A DNA stretch of 64,000 bases from positions 6,151,181-6,215,180 of the forward strand of contig OZ242335.1 of assembly GCA_965208425.1 (NCBI GenBank), written 5' to 3'. Shown piece after piece: positions 59,232-64,000 of the stretch. The translations under genes were made by a program, and so were the position numbers. Positions within the stretch are counted from its first letter, which is position 1, and every line of letters begins with the position of its first letter. Under the pieces are notes generated by a model, which had not been told where the DNA came from, did not search any database, and was given only the letters and a program-made list of their open reading frames with translations. The DNA comes from Candidatus Poribacteria bacterium. GTDB taxonomy: Bacteria; Poribacteria; WGA-4E; PCPOR2b.

Positions 59232-60335
59232 GTGAGATTAAATCAGTATTTGGCAAAATTCTTTTGCTGTACCCTATCGACCCTTCTGGTCCTATCAATT
59301 GGTCTCATCGGTTGCAGCCTCACCGGCTGTGGCAGCGACGAAGAAGATGATGTTACTACTGTAAGTGAAAGTGAAGAAGAAGCGTTTGATGCCAGCCCTA
59401 TCTTGGACAACTTCGCCGATGCAATCGTAACCGCAACCTACACCGATTTGGACAACAAAGCAGGTTCTCTGCTAGGCGCTGTCCAAGCGTTGGGAGCTGC
59501 TACCAATCAAGCGCATTTAGAACTAGCACAAGATGCTTGGAAAGCAGCCCGGATACCGTGGGAACAGAGTGAAGCGTTTCTGTTCGGTCCTGTTGATACA
59601 CAGGGTCTTGACCCGGCACTCGATAGCTGGCCCGTCAATCGAGTTGACCTTGATGGCGTTCTTGGGAGTGGGCAAGCGTTGACTGAGGCGTCAATCGACG
59701 CGCTTGAAGATACGCTGAAAGGGTTTCATACCATCGAGTATCTCCTCTTCCGTGAGGGCAATCAGCGCAAAGCTGAAGATATTACCCCCCGTGAGTTGGA
59801 ATACCTCGCTGCATCAACGGAAAATCTGAAAGCAAAAACCGCTCAACTAGCTAACGCATGGGCTGCGTCAGGCGAAAATTATGCTGGAGAGATCGCCAAC
59901 GCCGGCACCACCAGCACTATTTACAAATCACAGAAAGACGCGATGCAGGAAATGGTCAACGGCATGATTGTCATCGCTGATGAAGTCGCGAACGGTAAGA
60001 TCTCCGACCCGTTCAATGAGAAGGATACAACCCTTGTCGAGTCGCAGTTCAGTTTCAACTCGATTAGCGACTTCCAAAATAATATCCGCGGAATCCAAAC
60101 TGTCTACGCGGAGCTTAGCAAATTTGTAAACGGTGCGAACGCTGACCTGGACGCAAGGTTCAAAACCGAAGTTCAGACTGCTATTAACGCCATCGGTGCA
60201 ATTCCAGACCCGTTCCGTGATTCAATCACTGCGAATCGTGGTGCTGTCCAAGCAGCAATCGATGCGGTTAGCACGGTTCAAACAACACTGGAAAACGATA
60301 TCTTGACGTTGGTGCTAGAGAGCGATTTTAACTAG
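59232..60335 (+). CDS. Imelysin (peptidase M75 / IrpA-like) lipoprotein.
   Basis: Lipobox LIGCSL and GxHxxE motif KGFHTIEYLLF. Confidence 0.7.
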   Translation: MRLNQYLAKFFCCTLSTLLVLSIGLIGCSLTGCGSDEEDDVTTVSESEEEAFDASPILDNFADAIVTATYTDLDNKAGSLLGAVQALGAATNQAHLELAQDAWKAARIPWEQSEAFLFGPVDTQGLDPALDSWPVNRVDLDGVLGSGQALTEASIDALEDTLKGFHTIEYLLFREGNQRKAEDITPRELEYLAASTENLKAKTAQLANAWAASGENYAGEIANAGTTSTIYKSQKDAMQEMVNGMIVIADEVANGKISDPFNEKDTTLVESQFSFNSISDFQNNIRGIQTVYAELSKFVNGANADLDARFKTEVQTAINAIGAIPDPFRDSITANRGAVQAAIDAVSTVQTTLENDILTLVLESDFN

Positions 60336-60351
60336 CGCGGACTAATGCATG

Positions 60352-60395
60352 ACAGAGAAACCGAGTTTTTCCAAAAAACTCGGTTTCTTTACACG
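60352..60395. mobile_element. A-family hairpin core only (gaaaccgagtttttccaaaaaactcggtttc). Terminator-like.
   Basis: Seen directly in the sequence. Confidence 0.6.
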
Positions 60396-60412
60396 GTTTA
60401 GAGGTAACAGCA

Positions 60413-60997
60413 GTGATACCGAAAAACGCCCCCGATAAGATCGGGATTCAGAGCAACTTTCCAAACCTGTTTGGGCGCACCAGTTGGGGAACTGTAACCT
60501 GTGAGTTTGAATGCCTCAATGAGATGCCACCTCTCAACTTGATTAGCAATGTTAACCTTGTTCCGTTCAAAGGAGATCGGTGGTTAATCCTTCGCTTACA
60601 AACAGGGGAATGGGAAATTCCGGGTGGTACGTTGGAGCCGGGCGAAAGCTACTCGGATGCAATAAGTCGTGAGTTAATTGAAGAGGCTGGAGCACGTCTG
60701 ATAACCTTTGAACCGCTCGGTGCTTGGCACTGTTTTTCGACTGCCCCAAAACCGTATCGTCCGTATCTGCCACATCCCGAATTTTATCGGCTTGTGGGTT
60801 ACGGAGCGGTAGAAATCACCGGCAGCCCTGAAAATCCTGAGAGTGGCGAGCAGGTAGTAAGCGTAGATTTCGTCCCTATTGAGGAAGCCATTCAGCGATT
60901 TCGTGACATAAATCGGTTTGAGTTAGCAGAGCTATATCAGTTAGCGGCAAGAATGCGTAACGCCAGAAGTGAAAGCAGGCGAGAGATTGGCGTTTGA
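60413..60997 (+). CDS. NUDIX hydrolase with an N-terminal extension (GTG start in the ORF model).
   Basis: Nudix box GGTLEPGESYSDAISRELIEEAG. Confidence 0.55.
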   Translation: MIPKNAPDKIGIQSNFPNLFGRTSWGTVTCEFECLNEMPPLNLISNVNLVPFKGDRWLILRLQTGEWEIPGGTLEPGESYSDAISRELIEEAGARLITFEPLGAWHCFSTAPKPYRPYLPHPEFYRLVGYGAVEITGSPENPESGEQVVSVDFVPIEEAIQRFRDINRFELAELYQLAARMRNARSESRREIGV

Positions 60998-61001
60998 AAT
61001 C

Positions 61002-62405
61002 ATGAGATCAAATCAGCCTTCATACATGCTATTCTTTATAATAATATTACTTTGTATCTCGATTTCTGCTTGTGATTCGGAGGATCCGACCGATCCGTCG
61101 AAGATGGATTATTCAAATAAAGCGCATTTAGGCGGCGAAACGACGGTTTTTGACGCGACGAGTCATGCATTTTCAACACCTGCGCCGAACCTCTCAGCAG
61201 ACGGACTAGCAAAGCATCTCGATGGCGATGTCGAATTTGAGGCGGTTTTCGTCACGGTTCCGGCGGAAGTTAATCCGGGGCTCGGTCCTGTTTACAATAA
61301 TATCGCGTGCATCAACTGTCACGCGAGAGATGGGCGGGGACGTGCACCGACATCGGGTGAAAAACTTACATCAATGCTTTTCCGCGTGAGCCTCCCAAAC
61401 CCGGAGGGCGACGTTACACATGGACCTGTGCCAGTTCCCGGTTTTGGTACACAACTCAATAATCGCGCGATCTTCGGTGTACCCCCGGAGGGAACAGTAA
61501 CGATCAATTACACCGAAGGTGAGCTCACGACAAGTGACGGGGCGAAGGTGTATCTCCGCACACCTAGCTACGAAATCAAAGATGCGTACCAACCGTTGCC
61601 AGACAATGTTGAACTCTCGCCCCGTGTTGCACCGGTTGTATTCGGCTTAGGGTTACTTGAAGCGATACCTGAATCAACAATCCTCGCCTTGGCGGACGAA
61701 GACGATCAGGATGGCGATGGAATTTCAGGGAAAGCGAATTATGTCTGGGATGTCCAGAAGAATGGATCGAGCCTCGGTCGATTCGGGTGGAAAGCGAATC
61801 AACCGACACTGATCCAACAGGTCGCTGCCGCCTATCACGACGACATAGGCATTACGACCTCGCTGTTACCGATAGAGAGTTCGGATGGGCAAAGGCAATA
61901 CGACGGACGGGGTGACGATCCAGAACTCAGTGATGAGATTTTGGATGTGGTTACATTTTATGTCCAAACCCTCGCTGTACCTGCTCGACGCGACCTTGAC
62001 AACCCAGTCGTTCAACGTGGCGAGGAACTTTTTGAGAGCGCGGGTTGTTCCAGTTGCCATATTCCAACATTGGAGACAGGATCGTTATCGGATGTGCCGG
62101 AGGTCTCCAACCAGACGATTCATCCGTACACCGATCTGTTGTTGCACGACATGGGTCCGGGGTTGGCAGACTATCGCCCTGATTTCCTAGCGAGTGGGTC
62201 AGAATGGCGTACACCGCCCCTGTGGGGTATCGGGTTGCTTAAAGTGGTCAATGGGCACACCAACCTTCTCCACGATGGTAGGGCAAGAGGATTACTAGAA
62301 GCAATTCTGTGGCACGGTGGGGAAGCAGAACAATCACGTGAGGCAGTTCAGCAGATGTCCGCAAGCGACAGAGACGCGCTCATCACTTTTCTGGAATCAT
62401 TATAG
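61002..62405 (+). CDS. Di-heme cytochrome c DUF1111-family protein (putative thiol oxidoreductase/peroxidase), lipoprotein. The ORF-track start at 60969 overlaps the NUDIX gene.
   Basis: Two CxxCH motifs (CINCH, CSSCH) and the lipobox ISISAC. Confidence 0.7.
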   Translation: MRSNQPSYMLFFIIILLCISISACDSEDPTDPSKMDYSNKAHLGGETTVFDATSHAFSTPAPNLSADGLAKHLDGDVEFEAVFVTVPAEVNPGLGPVYNNIACINCHARDGRGRAPTSGEKLTSMLFRVSLPNPEGDVTHGPVPVPGFGTQLNNRAIFGVPPEGTVTINYTEGELTTSDGAKVYLRTPSYEIKDAYQPLPDNVELSPRVAPVVFGLGLLEAIPESTILALADEDDQDGDGISGKANYVWDVQKNGSSLGRFGWKANQPTLIQQVAAAYHDDIGITTSLLPIESSDGQRQYDGRGDDPELSDEILDVVTFYVQTLAVPARRDLDNPVVQRGEELFESAGCSSCHIPTLETGSLSDVPEVSNQTIHPYTDLLLHDMGPGLADYRPDFLASGSEWRTPPLWGIGLLKVVNGHTNLLHDGRARGLLEAILWHGGEAEQSREAVQQMSASDRDALITFLESL

Positions 62406-62421
62406 CATACACGGACGCAAG

Positions 62422-62907
62422 CTACGCTCCCTCTTCTTCATTGATAATTTGTTGCGCGAGATAGTTTTGGATGCCTACTTGACTAATCTGGTCGCGTTGA
62501 GCCTCTATCCAGTCAATATGTTCTTCCTCGTCTCTGAGGATCTGTTCAAGAAGCTCTTCCGAACCAAAGTCTTTGTGGGTATGGGCAAGCTGGATAAATT
62601 CATTAAGTCGCTCGATCGCTTCTGCCTCAAGAGCAAGGTCGTATTCCATCATCTCTTCAACAGTCGTGCCGATTTTAATTTCAAAATAGCGTGCCATGTT
62701 CGGCATGGCATTGAGATATAGGACACGGGCGATAAGTTCTTCAGCGTGCTTCATCTCTCCGATGGCATGTTCACGTATCGCTTGGTGGAGACGCTCATAT
62801 CCCCAGTTTTCGCAGATTTCGGAATGGGCAAAATATTGGTTGATAGCAGTAAGTTCAGCGGTTAAAACTTCGTTAAGCACTTCAATAATTTCAGGATGTC
62901 CGTCCAT
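62422..62907 (-). CDS. bfr: Bacterioferritin. The probable start is the MDGHPEII Met. The ORF track begins at 62943.
   Basis: Ferritin-like di-iron ligands (E..ExxH pattern) and the heme-ligand Met region. Confidence 0.85.
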   Translation of the reverse strand: MDGHPEIIEVLNEVLTAELTAINQYFAHSEICENWGYERLHQAIREHAIGEMKHAEELIARVLYLNAMPNMARYFEIKIGTTVEEMMEYDLALEAEAIERLNEFIQLAHTHKDFGSEELLEQILRDEEEHIDWIEAQRDQISQVGIQNYLAQQIINEEEGA

Positions 62908-63058
62908 TGGTTTCTCCTTATATTTGAAATGAGGTAGAATCAATTAAAACTGTACATAATAACGCTGTGAAAGAGTGAAGGGTTGACCCAAGGTGAAAAC
63001 TCGGTTTCTCTCAGCAGCTCTGCTCCTGTTTTTGATATAAACCAATTAGAGGAGGCTT

Positions 63059-63478
63059 ATGGCTTTACAAGTTCAAGAGGTACAACGAAATCCGGGAGTC
63101 TCCCGATTCGTAAAAGCAGCCAAAACAGATGAGGTAAGTCCCGGCAACTGTATCAGCGCGAAGTTGGAAGGCAATTTCATCGGCATCCACAATGTCAATG
63201 GAAAGTATTACGCGGTGAACAATATCTGCCCCCATGTCGGTGGTATCTTACACGCGGGTCAGTTAGAAGATGACGTTATCGTTTGCCCGATTCATCAGTG
63301 GAAGTTCGATGTTAAAACAGGCAAGTGCATCTGGCCTGGCAAATGCGGGATTGCGACCTATCCCGTGAAGGTTGACGGGGAGGATATTTTTGTTGATATC
63401 AACTCACCCAGCCAGCCGATCCAACACAATCCCATTCGCGTTTACCATACGAAACCAGAACGGAGGTTAACACCGTGA
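63059..63478 (+). CDS. Rieske [2Fe-2S] domain protein.
   Basis: CPH...CPIH motifs (NNICPHVGG ... VIVCPIHQW). Confidence 0.7.
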   Translation: MALQVQEVQRNPGVSRFVKAAKTDEVSPGNCISAKLEGNFIGIHNVNGKYYAVNNICPHVGGILHAGQLEDDVIVCPIHQWKFDVKTGKCIWPGKCGIATYPVKVDGEDIFVDINSPSQPIQHNPIRVYHTKPERRLTP

Positions 63479-63831
63479 TAACTGTCGCAAATCGAATCTA
63501 CGTCGCACTCGAATATCGGGAAGCCTTTGAGGAAAGGTTTCGCAATCGCGCTCGACTCATTGACGGGATGCCCGGGTTCATCTCAAATCAGGTGTTACGT
63601 CCGGTCAATGACGATGACCCCTACGTCGTGTTCACACTTTGGGAATCGCGGAAAGACTTTGAAAATTGGGTCGAGTCAGAAGAATTTCGCAAGGGACATG
63701 CCCAATCGGGAACATTGCCCCAAGAAGCGTTTACACAGTCAAACAAATTGGAACTTCACGAGGTATTCCTCGATTCTGCTCGTCCTGACCTTGAGGAGGA
63801 GCCGGCAGGTGGTCCGTTCAGGGTACACTAA
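63475..63831 (+). CDS. ABM (antibiotic-biosynthesis monooxygenase)-fold protein, possibly an IsdG/HmoB-type heme-degrading monooxygenase.
   Basis: ABM dimeric alpha+beta barrel features (about 100 aa, FTLWESRKDFENW). It overlaps the Rieske gene by 4 bp. Confidence 0.6.
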   Translation: MITVANRIYVALEYREAFEERFRNRARLIDGMPGFISNQVLRPVNDDDPYVVFTLWESRKDFENWVESEEFRKGHAQSGTLPQEAFTQSNKLELHEVFLDSARPDLEEEPAGGPFRVH

Positions 63832-64000
63832 TGTGTATGAATCAACTCTGTCTGGCAAATCCAAGCGAGCGGGAAAGACGGGTAAAAATGAAAACCAAAC
63901 TGATTTTAGCTAAACATACTCGCGAAGCATCTAAGAACGTTTTTATTACCGCGGCAAGTATCACTTCATAAAGTTGCGCATTTATTGAGACTGAGACTCA

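Overview
This is a bacterial chromosomal window of roughly 50% GC. The density of dispersed MITE-like repeats and of eukaryote-like repeat proteins (TPR, LRR, BNR/Ycf48-like) would fit an uncultivated, symbiont-type lineage such as Poribacteria, but that is a guess. The left ~16 kb is a minus-strand defense island. It holds a 1210-aa type IIG RM enzyme (endonuclease-methyltransferase, NPPY motif) at 12170-15802. It holds a three-gene operon of unknown function (a 4-TM membrane protein plus 556-aa and 315-aa proteins) at 8476-11959. It holds a fused ABC-ATPase + DUF4435/TOPRIM protein of the PARIS (AriA-AriB) / OLD type at 6614-8278. It holds an unusual translationally coupled pair at 2747-6453: a protein of about ten TPR repeats fused to a type-IIG-like target-recognition domain (TRD) with no nuclease or methylase motifs, followed by an ABC-type ATPase with a possible PrrC/HEPN-like tail. 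A small overlapping two-gene module sits at 1289-2309. The block from about 1281 to 12170 is flanked by a ~65-bp direct duplication of the RM gene's 3' end. The decayed copy lies at 1210-1277 and the intact copy at 12166-12233, each next to a C-family MITE arm, which suggests cassette insertion or replacement. The remaining ~48 kb is mostly metabolic and envelope genes. These include purN, a beta-lactamase-fold hydrolase, an MocA oxidoreductase, an amidase, EF-G, a 2-hydroxyacid dehydrogenase and a DUF4159 protein. There is a 1372-aa lipoprotein with about 26 Asp-box (D-G-G-x-T-W) blades, a DUF4956 protein, an anti-sigma factor with an RseB-like partner, a gluconolactonase, two tandem enolase-superfamily paralogs, ArsC and a PfkB kinase. 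Further along are a PhyH dioxygenase, a GNAT protein, a Zn-ADH, an SDR, a GT2, an RsbW/RsbV/GAF-PP2C partner-switching module, a DUF58 protein, two tandem LRR proteins and a porin-like OMP. The right end is an iron/heme cluster: imelysin, NUDIX, a di-heme DUF1111 protein, bacterioferritin, a Rieske protein and an ABM monooxygenase. Nearly every intergenic region holds members of at least five hairpin-repeat/MITE families (A-E below). Some copies act as likely bidirectional terminators and some supply the last or first codons of ORFs. Two paralogous candidate small-RNA/leader elements (about 52915-53290 and 57420-57650) precede secreted-protein genes. No tRNA, rRNA, CRISPR array, transposase or integrase was recognised.
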